Source of the DNA: a virus
Lineage: Duplodnaviria; Caudoviricetes
Reading direction: 5' to 3' (one strand)
IMG/VR virus record: IMGVR_UViG_3300017780_007785
Location: 1 to 39,560 of that record
Length of the DNA: 39,560 nucleotides
Each line of letters starts with the position of its first letter. The stretch's first letter is position 1. The notes under the pieces were generated by a model. The model ran no database searches and was not told the origin of the DNA. It was given only the letters and a program-made list of their open reading frames with translations. Of this stretch, positions 26,604 to 36,776 are shown one piece after another. The position numbers and the translations under genes were made by a program.

Positions 26604-27004
26604 TATAATTTACCTTCTTGTTTTAATTGTTCTCTTATTTTAGTGGCTGAGATATCACTCACCTCTTGTGGTGGTAAATGTTCTATAATATCATATCCAA
26701 CTCCTCTTCCGAAGTTTACCGATTCAACATCAGGTATTACCATTACAATAACTCTTCCCTCGTGAATTAAGTTAAATAATTTAATGGTTATGTTATCATG
26801 TACCTCTTGTGCGGTAAATGGGTTCTGTTCGTTAGGTTCAATGTCTCTAATACAAATTAGAACATTCTTACCTTGTTCAAGTCGTTGGTCGATTAACCAC
26901 CTGTGTCCATCGTGCCATGGTTGCCATCTTCCGATAAACATTGAAAACTGTTTACCAGGATTATTCTTTAATTTAGGGTCTCCCTCTATGTGTATTTTTT
27001 CCAT
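26603..27004 (-). CDS. HxGH cytidylyltransferase-like nucleotidyltransferase
   Basis: FIGRWQPWHDGH, NPF, ISATKIR; start at 27004. Confidence 0.85.
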   Translation of the reverse strand: MEKIHIEGDPKLKNNPGKQFSMFIGRWQPWHDGHRWLIDQRLEQGKNVLICIRDIEPNEQNPFTAQEVHDNITIKLFNLIHEGRVIVMVIPDVESVNFGRGVGYDIIEHLPPQEVSDISATKIREQLKQEGKL

Positions 27005-27005
27005 C

Positions 27006-27437
27006 TTATCTTTTGAATATTTTTTCAACACATTCTGCAACAGTGATGTTATCAGTACACATATCGATATAATTTTCTGTTGGCGGTTCATAATCCTCAA
27101 CAAAGAATTGTTCCCTACCTCTTACTTCTGAGGTATGAACATAAACTTCTTTTATCGCATTTTCAAGTTTAACTTTAAATAATTCTCTTTGTTCTTTATA
27201 TGGTGATACTAAAGAAACTAAAACATTTTGTCCTTTTGAGTGAAGATATTGAGCTAAATGTTGTGCTAATTGTATATTCTTCATCCGACCTTCTTTAGAG
27301 TAATCTTTATTATTGAATAATTCTCTAATATCATCACCGTCAATATGGAACCAATCACTAAAGTATCTTAACTCCATAATTGATTTAGCTAATGTTGTCT
27401 TACCTGAGCCAGGTTGTCCTGTTAACCAATAAATCAT
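27006..27437 (-). CDS. cysC: Adenylyl-sulfate (APS) kinase-like protein
   Basis: WLTGQPGSGKTT, IDGDDIR, LVSP, YEPP. Confidence 0.8.
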   Translation of the reverse strand: MIYWLTGQPGSGKTTLAKSIMELRYFSDWFHIDGDDIRELFNNKDYSKEGRMKNIQLAQHLAQYLHSKGQNVLVSLVSPYKEQRELFKVKLENAIKEVYVHTSEVRGREQFFVEDYEPPTENYIDMCTDNITVAECVEKIFKR

Positions 27438-27658
27438 AATTCTAAGTTTTTAATCTTACGGTCCAAATAGAACGAAGCCTTCTTTAGGTCTTCTAATTCT
27501 TTTGCTTGGTCTTTCTTACCAGCCCTTGCAACATACTTAACTACGTTGAAGATATAGGCATCTTTATCAAGTCCCCAAGCTTCACATACTTTTATTACTT
27601 CGTATGGATTGTTTTCCCCACCATAATGGTTGGGATGGTTTACCATTTTGTTTGTCAT
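27434..27658 (-). CDS. DUF3310 domain protein
   Basis: VNHPNHY, KYVARAGKK, EDLKKA. Confidence 0.85.
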   Translation of the reverse strand: MTNKMVNHPNHYGGENNPYEVIKVCEAWGLDKDAYIFNVVKYVARAGKKDQAKELEDLKKASFYLDRKIKNLEL

Positions 27659-27661
27659 TTG

Positions 27662-27883
27662 TTACTTTATTACTGTTGTGTCTTTTATTTCACTATGGTC
27701 GTATGGATATGACTCCAACTGTTTTTTATAGTACTCCATCTCAAGACTATCTCTAAGATACTTAACTCTATCGTGATTCATTTGTGAGTTACTACCACCA
27801 TCACTTATCCTTGATGAAAACATTATTATTACAAATATTACCATCATAGATACCATAAAAATTGCAAAGGTTCTATTTGTCAT
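27662..27883 (-). CDS. Small membrane protein
   Basis: N-terminal TM segment. Confidence 0.7.
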   Translation of the reverse strand: MTNRTFAIFMVSMMVIFVIIMFSSRISDGGSNSQMNHDRVKYLRDSLEMEYYKKQLESYPYDHSEIKDTTVIK

Positions 27884-28094
27884 TACTTTTCTTTCCTCTC
27901 TTAGTCGTTACTTGTTCGGTTATTTGTTCGGTTTTTTTACCTCTACCTCTACCTGTATAAGTTTTCCATTCTGATTTTGGACAATAAGCCCAAACACCTG
28001 TACTAACTTTTGAGATAGCTTCTTTCTCTTCCGTTCTGATTATCTCTCCAACCTCTCTTGAGTTGGTTTTCTTGATTGTTTTAATGCACTTCAT
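27873..28094 (-). CDS. Small basic hypothetical protein
   Basis: Coupled ORF, WAYCPKSEWK. Confidence 0.7.
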   Translation of the reverse strand: MKCIKTIKKTNSREVGEIIRTEEKEAISKVSTGVWAYCPKSEWKTYTGRGRGKKTEQITEQVTTKRGKKSNDK

Positions 28095-28299
28095 TGGTTG
28101 TTTCCTCCGTGTTTAATTGATTAATAATTATTAGAATTTCTTCATCCGATTTACCTTGGCAATATAAGTCGTGAATGAACGCACTTGTGTCGTCTTCAAA
28201 ATGAAGCATATCACTCTTACCATAATATTGTTTTAGTTTTCCCTCTTTAAGGGCGTCGATACATCTATCAAGTACGACCCATCGTTTGTTGAATCCCAT
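28081..28299 (-). CDS. Hypothetical protein
   Basis: 72-aa ORF MGFNKR. Confidence 0.7.
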   Translation of the reverse strand: MGFNKRWVVLDRCIDALKEGKLKQYYGKSDMLHFEDDTSAFIHDLYCQGKSDEEILIIINQLNTEETTNEVH

Positions 28300-28323
28300 G
28301 GGTAAAGTATAATAAACTTACAC

Positions 28324-29100
28324 TTAAGAGTCAAAATTATTACTTATTTTTTCAAAATTTACTATTTGAAATACATAAGCCATAATCTTTCTTTTCATAA
28401 TTGGTACCATGGTTTCTTCCATTGGGAATTTTTGGGAACATTTAAGTTCAAAGATTGGTAATTCTTTATAAAACTCGGTTGAATTCCATGTTGAGAAAGT
28501 ATCAAGGACACTAGTCATTGTAAGTTCATCAACAGGTCCGTTATAAATTAAATTAAGATAAGTCTTATTGTTTTGCTTATCTGTTTTTGGTTTTCTGATT
28601 TGATATTCCCATACAAATAATGTCTCAGTTTCTTTTTGATAAAAGAAAACGTATCCTGAACCAGACACTAAACCTTTTTTGTTTTTCTTTAATTGTACGT
28701 CAATACTATCATATGCAATATTCCATATTGCTTTAGCCATATTGAAGGTGTCGAACAACTTACTACCTGAAAACTTAATAGTTTCATTCAATTCTTTTTC
28801 CTCTTCCTCAGTAAGTTCTCTTGGTTTCTTGGGTATAAGTTCCTTAACTAGTATTTCGTCATCACATGATTCGAATTTTTTATTAGTAAGTAATAATGTG
28901 TTTTCCTTAACTATTGATTGTAAGTTTGCCAAATGAAGGGATATCTCAACAAAATCAGGATATACTTCCATCTTATCAAAACCTTTTTCGCATTTCTGTA
29001 TGTAATCCAATAAAGTATATTTATTGTATTCAAAATCCAATGGTTCTTTGAACATCCATTCAGGATTTAATTTAAATGCTATTTTTTTCTTTCTACTCAT
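28324..29100 (-). CDS. Hypothetical protein resembling a Bacteroidota conserved family
   Basis: W..PLDFEYNKYTLLDY..YP..H; similarity recalled, not searched. Confidence 0.65.
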   Translation of the reverse strand: MSRKKKIAFKLNPEWMFKEPLDFEYNKYTLLDYIQKCEKGFDKMEVYPDFVEISLHLANLQSIVKENTLLLTNKKFESCDDEILVKELIPKKPRELTEEEEKELNETIKFSGSKLFDTFNMAKAIWNIAYDSIDVQLKKNKKGLVSGSGYVFFYQKETETLFVWEYQIRKPKTDKQNNKTYLNLIYNGPVDELTMTSVLDTFSTWNSTEFYKELPIFELKCSQKFPMEETMVPIMKRKIMAYVFQIVNFEKISNNFDS

Positions 29101-29126
29101 ATTACAATTATAAAATTAATGAATCA

Positions 29127-30881
29127 TTAATCAATTCTCATTACATAAAATAACTTCTCCCCAACATAAACTTCATCGGCAGTTCCATCGTAACTATTAA
29201 TTGTGTGACCATAACCATCAGCGTTAATCACTCCTTCAATAAACTCATCTTTATCTACATATTCTGACCAAGATAACCCGAAGCTCTCCATAAAAGATTC
29301 TGGGTCATATCTAACATCACTAACTAAATCTTTAATTTTATCATCAATTAAATCTTCAGGGAAATCACCATCAGGGTCTTCCTCAATCTCTTCAATTTCA
29401 GCAATATACTCTTCAGATAGTTCATTTAATTCATCTATTTTCTCTTGAATATCATCATCATTCTCACCATCCATTTGCTCCTCTAATCGAGAAATTGTGT
29501 TTGCGTTATATTCAATTCGTTTTCTTAATATTTCAATTGTTTCTTCTTGTTTGTTGGACAACATTCGTTCGCTGTCATCAAAATAAGAGTCAGGACTATC
29601 ATTAACATCTTGATAATATACATCTTCAGCATAACTAATGATTGCCTCTGTGTCTAAGTATTGTCTTGCAAATCCCGCATTGAATCCTTCATATCCAATA
29701 TCATCTATTAAATTTTCAATATAATCCTCACAACTTGATTTCATTTCATCGTCATCACCAACAGCATATTTGTTATTACTAACTGAACTATCTATAACCT
29801 CAAACTCAGTTGTATCATAAAAGTTGCCAACTGGTGTAATATTGTATACATCAATATAGTCAGCATAGTCATCCAATTTGTCTTCAAGTTCACTTATTTC
29901 ATCCAATAAATCTCCTCTTAATTCTTCGTCGGCGTCGTATTCATTATTGAGTCTTTCTATCTCATCATTAATTCTTTGTATCTCTATTCGGTCATCATTA
30001 CTTAATATACTAACCCCCTCGTTATCTACAAGGTATTCAAGTAAGGCGTGTGCTTTCAAACCTTCGTCAGGTGTATTACCATCAAGAGCCCATTCATTTT
30101 CATCTCTTCTATCTTGAGCGTCATTTCTTAGTGATTGAACTCTTTGTTGTTCCCTTAATTTTTCAAGTCTATCTTTTTCTTTTCTTGCGGCTTCTTTATC
30201 ATTGTAAATTTTAAGTTGGTCTGTAAACTCTTGTTGAAGATATCCTGTCACATTATTTAATATTTTATCTAATGTTTCAGTTCCATGAATCCAACCAGTT
30301 CTAACGTACTCGTCCTTTGCATCATAATAGATTTTATCTCCGTCAAACTTTCTTAATAAAGCAACTTTATAGAATGGGTCATTAGTTGGTTTACTTCTAT
30401 CTATGATGTAGAATAACTTACCGTCTTCGTTATATTTTTTAAAGTGAGTATCTGTTTCAGCGGCGGTACACCACTTAGTACCTTTACCATAATAACAAGA
30501 TGCATCATGGTTTAATGGATTAACAACAAAATAATTCCCATCATCATAAACAACATTACCACCTTCAACTTTTTTAATGTCTCTTCTAGATTTTCCTTCG
30601 TAGTTAGTAATGGCGGTAATTAACTCTTCTAAAGTTTGATATTGGGTAATATCTGTTTTAGGTAAATTAGTTGAAATCTTTTCAAATTTCTTAAGGGCTT
30701 CACTTAATTTTATAAAGTTGTCATTGAAGTTAACCCCATCTATCACTTTACCCGCCCATTGAAGGAACTTGGGTGTGATTTCAGAGACTATTCTCCCAAT
30801 CATTTCGGGAGAAAACTTTTGTCCAAACTTATTTTTAAAGTCGTCAACCCTACCTTCCTGTATTAAATTTAAAAAATCCAT
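29127..30881 (-). CDS. Large acidic protein with ASCYYG.GTKWCT (PcfJ-like) domain
   Basis: 584-aa ORF; WCT motif and acidic coiled-coil C-terminus. Confidence 0.7.
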   Translation of the reverse strand: MDFLNLIQEGRVDDFKNKFGQKFSPEMIGRIVSEITPKFLQWAGKVIDGVNFNDNFIKLSEALKKFEKISTNLPKTDITQYQTLEELITAITNYEGKSRRDIKKVEGGNVVYDDGNYFVVNPLNHDASCYYGKGTKWCTAAETDTHFKKYNEDGKLFYIIDRSKPTNDPFYKVALLRKFDGDKIYYDAKDEYVRTGWIHGTETLDKILNNVTGYLQQEFTDQLKIYNDKEAARKEKDRLEKLREQQRVQSLRNDAQDRRDENEWALDGNTPDEGLKAHALLEYLVDNEGVSILSNDDRIEIQRINDEIERLNNEYDADEELRGDLLDEISELEDKLDDYADYIDVYNITPVGNFYDTTEFEVIDSSVSNNKYAVGDDDEMKSSCEDYIENLIDDIGYEGFNAGFARQYLDTEAIISYAEDVYYQDVNDSPDSYFDDSERMLSNKQEETIEILRKRIEYNANTISRLEEQMDGENDDDIQEKIDELNELSEEYIAEIEEIEEDPDGDFPEDLIDDKIKDLVSDVRYDPESFMESFGLSWSEYVDKDEFIEGVINADGYGHTINSYDGTADEVYVGEKLFYVMRID

Positions 30882-30970
30882 TAATCTTTTATTTAATAAA
30901 TATCTTTCGTATACTATTATTGTCCTTAGGAACTATTTATAATAATAAACAATTTAAAAAACATAATTAT

Positions 30971-31129
30971 ATGGGATGCGGATGTAAAAACAACAATCAA
31001 GCTCAGCCACAAACACAACAACAAGTTCAAGCGGCTCAAGTTGTTAAACAACAACAATCTGAGAGTATTAAACAAGCGATTAAGAAGACGGTTGAGAAGT
31101 ACTATAACGTAAATAAAACAAGCAAGTAA
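30971..31129 (+). CDS. Small MGCGCK protein
   Basis: ATG at 30971 after TATTTATA; followed by a terminator. Confidence 0.7.
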   Translation: MGCGCKNNNQAQPQTQQQVQAAQVVKQQQSESIKQAIKKTVEKYYNVNKTSK

Positions 31130-31150
31130 TTGATTCTTAACGAATTTACT

Positions 31151-31179
31151 CAGGGACGATGAAAATTGTCCCTTTTTTT
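31151..31179 (+). terminator. Rho-independent terminator
   Basis: agggacgat...attgtccc-ttttttt. Confidence 0.75.
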
Positions 31180-31192
31180 GTATTTATTACAT

Positions 31193-32191
31193 ATGGACTT
31201 CAATGATTTAGTAGAAAAATTTAATAATGGAGATTTAGACGTTAAACAATACTTTAACGACTACGAAACATTTTTCAATATATTGAAGAAACGAGGTCTT
31301 ATGGGTGAGATTGACCCCAAAGATGCAACTGATGGTGAGGAATGGCAAAACGAATATCTAATATGGTTATATCATAATGATAATGAAGCGTTTACCAAAT
31401 GGGTTTTATCTTTGGTAAATGATGTTGTTTATAAAGATGGTGTTTATTATTTAGATGTTGACGACAGAAGTGAACTATCTAAATTGTTTTGTGATAGAGG
31501 TAGAAATGATATCTCACGAGATACTATCGAAAGCATTCTTAGTGGAGAGAGTGATTGGGAACCTTATTGGGACACAACCGACAATGTTTATAGAGATGTT
31601 GTTGAAGAACTAAATGAGGACAACCTAAAACGTCTTAAAGAATATATTGTTGAATCTCTTGAAGGTATAGGAATTGAACCTGAAACCGAAATCTTATCTG
31701 AAATTGCGGAAGAACAGAGTAATCCTAATGAAGCCCGTATAACTTATGACAACGTTGATAGAGTTGTTAATAGTCAGGAGACAATGGACTATTTATTTGA
31801 AAATGAACTACAGGACCTTAAATCAGAACTTTATTCAATTCATAATAACTCTTATAATTCCGCATACGAAAATGAAATATGGAAAAGTGTCATGAACGAA
31901 CTTGGAACTTATTTTGTAGGATATGGCGAGTTTGTTTCAAGACCTCATAAATATAAAAAAGATACTACTGTTCAAAACTTTATTATACCAATAGCCAATT
32001 TTGAATCAGATATTGTTGGATTTTTAGAAGATGGTAGAGGTTACGGTGGTAGTAGTACTTTGGAATATTGGGGTAGTTATTTAGGTATGATGGAAGACTG
32101 GGCAGATTGTTTAAGTGTTCACTCACCTGACTATCCTGACTTTAGAGAGGTTGATAAAAATATAAATGAAATGTTTAGAGATTATATTTAA
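31193..32191 (+). CDS. Acidic hypothetical protein
   Basis: ATG at 31193 after TATTTAT. Confidence 0.8.
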   Translation: MDFNDLVEKFNNGDLDVKQYFNDYETFFNILKKRGLMGEIDPKDATDGEEWQNEYLIWLYHNDNEAFTKWVLSLVNDVVYKDGVYYLDVDDRSELSKLFCDRGRNDISRDTIESILSGESDWEPYWDTTDNVYRDVVEELNEDNLKRLKEYIVESLEGIGIEPETEILSEIAEEQSNPNEARITYDNVDRVVNSQETMDYLFENELQDLKSELYSIHNNSYNSAYENEIWKSVMNELGTYFVGYGEFVSRPHKYKKDTTVQNFIIPIANFESDIVGFLEDGRGYGGSSTLEYWGSYLGMMEDWADCLSVHSPDYPDFREVDKNINEMFRDYI

Positions 32192-33030
32192 TGATTAAAT
32201 TTTTACCCATATTGTCAAACGTAATATCTGAACAAAAAAGATATCAAATGAATCCCGAGACTCGTTCTAAGTTGAAGGATTTGGCAAGTAGTCTTTGGTC
32301 GATGCGTAACAAAAAGTTTTCCAAAAAAACCATGATTGACCAATTGGACTTTCAAACTGCCGATGGTACTGATGGTTTGGTTAAAATATTTGTTAATCCA
32401 AAATATCCCAACTTCGCTGAAATTGATAGCGACCCTGAAGACTCATACAACCCTAAAGACTTCGTAATGCAACTAAACCCTAAGGATTTTGGTTCAGAGA
32501 AGAATGTCTATCTAACTTTGTATCATGAAATGATGCACGCCATTGACCCCAACTTTACAACAAAACATAATGAAAAGTATTGGGACACTTACGATTCTGA
32601 AAAGGATGAAATGTATTGGGGACACCCTGTTGAATTCTTTGCAATCACAAATGAATTCCTTGAAGGTCTTGTTCTTGAGTTTGAAAGAAGGTCTCAATTA
32701 ATTCAAGACCCTTCAGATAAGAAATTCCTTTTAAAGTCTTTAAAGAATATACTTAACTACTTTGGTAAGAATGAACCCTTAACTAATCAGTCAAAAGACA
32801 TACTACGTAGAATTAACGATGAACATGTTGATGACAATGTTCTTTCAAAACTTGTCTCAGATATTGAGAGTAAGTTCCCTAACGTTAGTGACTTGATTAC
32901 CGACACCAAAGAGATTCCTTACTTCTTATATTACATTGAGTTAATTAAGAAACATAACCCTGAAATTTGGCCAAGGTTCTTAACAATGTTATTCAAAACA
33001 AAAGACGATATTATTAATGTTATTAAATAA
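32191..33030 (+). CDS. HExxH zincin-like protein
   Basis: LYHEMMHAID ... HPVEFFA. Confidence 0.6.
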   Translation: MIKFLPILSNVISEQKRYQMNPETRSKLKDLASSLWSMRNKKFSKKTMIDQLDFQTADGTDGLVKIFVNPKYPNFAEIDSDPEDSYNPKDFVMQLNPKDFGSEKNVYLTLYHEMMHAIDPNFTTKHNEKYWDTYDSEKDEMYWGHPVEFFAITNEFLEGLVLEFERRSQLIQDPSDKKFLLKSLKNILNYFGKNEPLTNQSKDILRRINDEHVDDNVLSKLVSDIESKFPNVSDLITDTKEIPYFLYYIELIKKHNPEIWPRFLTMLFKTKDDIINVIK

Positions 33031-33040
33031 AAAAAGGGGT

Positions 33041-34867
33041 TTAATACCCCTTTTCTGTTACTAATTCTTCAAGTTTTTCTAATTTAGTTAAACTATTATT
33101 TAACATATCTGATTGTTCTTTAATAGCTTCTAAACATATTGCAATAACATCACCATACTTAACCATAAACATAGAATTCTCATCGTCTGTTGATTTAAAA
33201 ACTAATTCAGGAAAAACGTGTTCTATTTCTTGGGCAATAAAACCAATATCTTTATTTGGTGTATTGTTGTTAGATGAATTCCAAATAAACGAAACTCCTC
33301 TCATTTTTTGAACTTTACTAAGTGGTGTTTCAATTTCACGAATATTTTTCTTAAATCTGGCATCGGAAGGTCCAAACGCACCTTTTGAACCACTCGCACC
33401 TTGAGCACCTTGTGCTCCTGTTTCACCACCTGGTCCTTGTGAACCTTGTGGTCCTGTATTACCTTGGGCTCCTGTTGGTGATGGTCCTGTCGCTCCTGGT
33501 CCTCCTTGTGAACCTTGAGCTCCTGTCGCACCTCCTCCACCTTGTGAACCTTGGCCACCTTGTGAACCTTGGGCTCCTTGTGGTGAACCACTTGTAGCAC
33601 CTTGTGCCCCTTGTGACCCTTGACCTGTGGCAGTTCCTTGTGAACCTTGTCCTCCTTGAGCACCTTGAGCACCTTGTCCTCCTGTTGGTCCTTGAGCTCC
33701 TTGAGCACCTTGTGGTGAAGCCCCTATATGACCTTGGGCTCCTGTGGAACCTCCTCCACCTTGTGAACCTTGTCCTCCTTGAGCACCTTGAGCACCTTGT
33801 CCTCCTGTTGGCCCTTGGGCTCCTGTTGCACCTTGTGGTGAAGCCCCTATATGACCTTGGGCTCCTGTGGAACCTCCTCCACCTTGTGAACCTTGTCCTC
33901 CTTGAGCACCTTGAGCCCCTTGTCCTCCTGTTGGCCCTTGGGCTCCTGTTGCACCTTGTGGTGAAGCACCTTGAGCACCTTGTGAACCTGTATTACCAGC
34001 ACCTCCTTGTGACCCTTGTCCTCCTTGAGCACCTTGGGCTCCTTGTCCTCCTTGAGCACCTGTATTTCCTGTTGCACCTGTTGGTGAAGCTCCTGTTGCA
34101 CCTTGTGCTCCTGTAGACCCTCCTCCACCTTGTGAACCTTGACCACCTTGAGCACCTGTAGACCCTTGTCCTCCTGCTGGTCCTGTTGAACCTTGAGCTC
34201 CTGTTGGTGAAGCCCCTTGAGCGCCAGTATTACCCGTACCTCCTTGTGAACCTTGAGGTCCTTGACCTCCTTGAGCACCTTGAGACCCTTGTCCTCCTTG
34301 AGCCCCTTGAGCCCCTTGAGCCCCTTTTGGCCCTTGAGAACCTTGAGCTCCTTGACCACCTTGTGAACCTTGAGCTCCTGTTGAACCTTGTGAACCTTGT
34401 CCTCCTTGAGAACCTTGTCCTCCTTGAGAACCTTGTCCTCCTTGAGAACCTTGTCCTCCTTGGGCACCAGTATTACCTGTCGCACCTTGTGGTCCTAATG
34501 CTCCTTGAGAACCTACTGCACCTGTTGGTCCTACGGTTCCTTGAGCACCTGTATTACCTTGAGCTCCCTGAGGTCCTTGTGAACCTACGGAACCTTGAGC
34601 ACCTGTTGGTCCTGTTGGTTCGAGCGCTCCTTTCCATCCTGTCGAATCTATTAAAGTTCCTGTTGTATTAGTTACAGTTGTACCTATATATAAGTTTGAA
34701 TTACTTGTAATAAATTGAGGAGATGTATTACTTAATGCAAAGTAAGTTGTTCCCGCTCGTTTAAACTTCAATGCACCTGATTCAATTACTAATGTAGTTA
34801 GTGTTGAACCTGAGTCATAGAAATCAATCGTTCCACTACCAGGGGTTATAATTATATTCTCAGCCAC
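33041..34867 (-). CDS. Collagen-like fibre protein with C-terminal peptidase S74 chaperone
   Basis: Long G-X-Y run; [15 protein letters not shown]. Confidence 0.92.
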   Translation of the reverse strand: MAENIIITPGSGTIDFYDSGSTLTTLVIESGALKFKRAGTTYFALSNTSPQFITSNSNLYIGTTVTNTTGTLIDSTGWKGALEPTGPTGAQGSVGSQGPQGAQGNTGAQGTVGPTGAVGSQGALGPQGATGNTGAQGGQGSQGGQGSQGGQGSQGGQGSQGSTGAQGSQGGQGAQGSQGPKGAQGAQGAQGGQGSQGAQGGQGPQGSQGGTGNTGAQGASPTGAQGSTGPAGGQGSTGAQGGQGSQGGGGSTGAQGATGASPTGATGNTGAQGGQGAQGAQGGQGSQGGAGNTGSQGAQGASPQGATGAQGPTGGQGAQGAQGGQGSQGGGGSTGAQGHIGASPQGATGAQGPTGGQGAQGAQGGQGSQGGGGSTGAQGHIGASPQGAQGAQGPTGGQGAQGAQGGQGSQGTATGQGSQGAQGATSGSPQGAQGSQGGQGSQGGGGATGAQGSQGGPGATGPSPTGAQGNTGPQGSQGPGGETGAQGAQGASGSKGAFGPSDARFKKNIREIETPLSKVQKMRGVSFIWNSSNNNTPNKDIGFIAQEIEHVFPELVFKSTDDENSMFMVKYGDVIAICLEAIKEQSDMLNNSLTKLEKLEELVTEKGY

Positions 34868-36776
34868 CTATTATTTCTTTTAATTTGTTTATTCTTTCAT
34901 AAATGGAGTCTATAGTTCTTTGTTGTTCTTGAATACTTCCTATACCCAAACTAACTAATTGACCATATTCGACACTTTTATATCCATCATCATCTGTAAA
35001 TACTAATTCAGGAATTACTTTTTCTAAATCTTGTGCAATAAATCCAATAGATTCTCCTGAGAAAGCTGTTGGGAATGCAATTTGTTTATCATTCTTAATC
35101 TTATCATGTTCTGAATCCCATTCGAATCTAACACCTTGTATTTGTTTTGTTTTTTGTAAAACATTTTCAAGTGTTTTTATATTGTCTTTTAATCTTTTAT
35201 CTGATGCAGGTCCTTGTGAACCTTGGGCTCCTTGGGCTCCTGTTGCACCTTGAGGTGAAGCACCTTGAGCTCCAGTACCACCAGGTCCTCCTTGTGAACC
35301 TTGAGGGCCTGGTCCTGGTGTTCCACCTTGTGAACCTTGAGCACCTCCTGCTCCAGTTCCTCCTTGAGAACCTTGAGCTCCTTGTGTACTTCCTGCAGCA
35401 CCTTGGGCTCCTGTTGCACCTGGTCCTCCTTGAGCTCCTTGAGCTCCTGTTGCACCTACTCCTCCTTGAGACCCTTGGGCTCCTGTATTACCAACGTTTC
35501 CTTGGGCTCCTGTAGACCCTCCTTGAGCACCTTGGGCTCCAACAGGTCCTTGAGCACCTTGTGGACCTCCAGTACCTGTGGCACCTTTAGGTCCTTGAGA
35601 CCCTTGGGCTCCTGTGTTACCAACGGCTCCTTGGGCTCCTGTAGACCCTCCTTGAGCACCTTGGGCTCCTTTAGGTCCTTGTGCACCTTGTGGACCTCCA
35701 GTACCTGTGGCACCTTTAGGTCCTTGTGAACCTTGAGCTCCTGTATTACCAACGTTTCCTTGGGCTCCTGTGGACGCTCCTTGAGCACCTTGGGCTCCTT
35801 TAGGTCCTTGTGCACCTTGTCCTCCAACGTTTCCTGTTGCCCCACCGCTTCCTTGGGCTCCTTGGGCTCCTGTGTTACCAACGTTTCCTTGGGCTCCTGT
35901 GGATGCTCCTTGAGCACCTTGGGCTCCTTTAGGTCCTTGAGCACCTTGTCCTCCAGTAATACCTGTAGCACCACCACCACCTTGAGACCCTTGAGCTCCT
36001 GTGTTACCAACGGCTCCTTGTGCTCCTGTATTCGCACCTTGAGCTCCTTGTCCACCTTGTGAACCTTGTGGTCCTGTTGCTCCAACATTACCTGTACCAC
36101 CTTGAGACCCTTGGGCTCCTGTGTTACCTGTTGGTCCTGTATTACCTTGGGCTCCTGTGGACGCTCCTTGAGCACCTTGGGCTCCTGTATCTCCTGTCGC
36201 TCCTTGAGCACCTTGAGCTCCTGTGTTCGCACCTTGAGCTCCTTGACTACCAACTGTTCCCTGAGCACCTGTACTACCCTGAGCACCTGTGTTTGCACCT
36301 TGGGCTCCTTGTGAACCTTGGGCTCCTGTATTACCAACCGCACCTTGTGAACCTGTAATACCTGTTGGTCCTGTAGTTCCTTGAGCGCCTTGTCCACCTT
36401 GAGCACCTTGTCCTCCCGCAGCTCCTTGTGAACCTTGATTACCTTGTGGTCCCTGAGCTCCTTGAGCACCTTGATTACCTTGTGAGCCCTGAGCTCCTAT
36501 AATACCTGATGTTGGTCCAACCCAAACACCTGAGGAGTTAATCATTTGGACACCTCCTACATATAAACTACCAACACCACCATTAGGTGTTATTGTCACA
36601 CCTGTTACTGTTATGTTTGCAGGTCCAATTACAGCTCCACTTGACTGTGTCGCGGAAGAAAGAGAAAGAAATCCGTTTTTAGTATTAAATTGTAACTTAT
36701 TAGTACCGTCATCAAATACAACGTGTGGGTCTGTATTACCTGTATTACCTTGTGGATATATTATTATATTTGCCAT
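34860..36776 (-). CDS. Collagen-like fibre protein with C-terminal peptidase S74 chaperone
   Basis: G-X-Y run; [15 protein letters not shown]. Confidence 0.92.
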   Translation of the reverse strand: MANIIIYPQGNTGNTDPHVVFDDGTNKLQFNTKNGFLSLSSATQSSGAVIGPANITVTGVTITPNGGVGSLYVGGVQMINSSGVWVGPTSGIIGAQGSQGNQGAQGAQGPQGNQGSQGAAGGQGAQGGQGAQGTTGPTGITGSQGAVGNTGAQGSQGAQGANTGAQGSTGAQGTVGSQGAQGANTGAQGAQGATGDTGAQGAQGASTGAQGNTGPTGNTGAQGSQGGTGNVGATGPQGSQGGQGAQGANTGAQGAVGNTGAQGSQGGGGATGITGGQGAQGPKGAQGAQGASTGAQGNVGNTGAQGAQGSGGATGNVGGQGAQGPKGAQGAQGASTGAQGNVGNTGAQGSQGPKGATGTGGPQGAQGPKGAQGAQGGSTGAQGAVGNTGAQGSQGPKGATGTGGPQGAQGPVGAQGAQGGSTGAQGNVGNTGAQGSQGGVGATGAQGAQGGPGATGAQGAAGSTQGAQGSQGGTGAGGAQGSQGGTPGPGPQGSQGGPGGTGAQGASPQGATGAQGAQGSQGPASDKRLKDNIKTLENVLQKTKQIQGVRFEWDSEHDKIKNDKQIAFPTAFSGESIGFIAQDLEKVIPELVFTDDDGYKSVEYGQLVSLGIGSIQEQQRTIDSIYERINKLKEIIGG

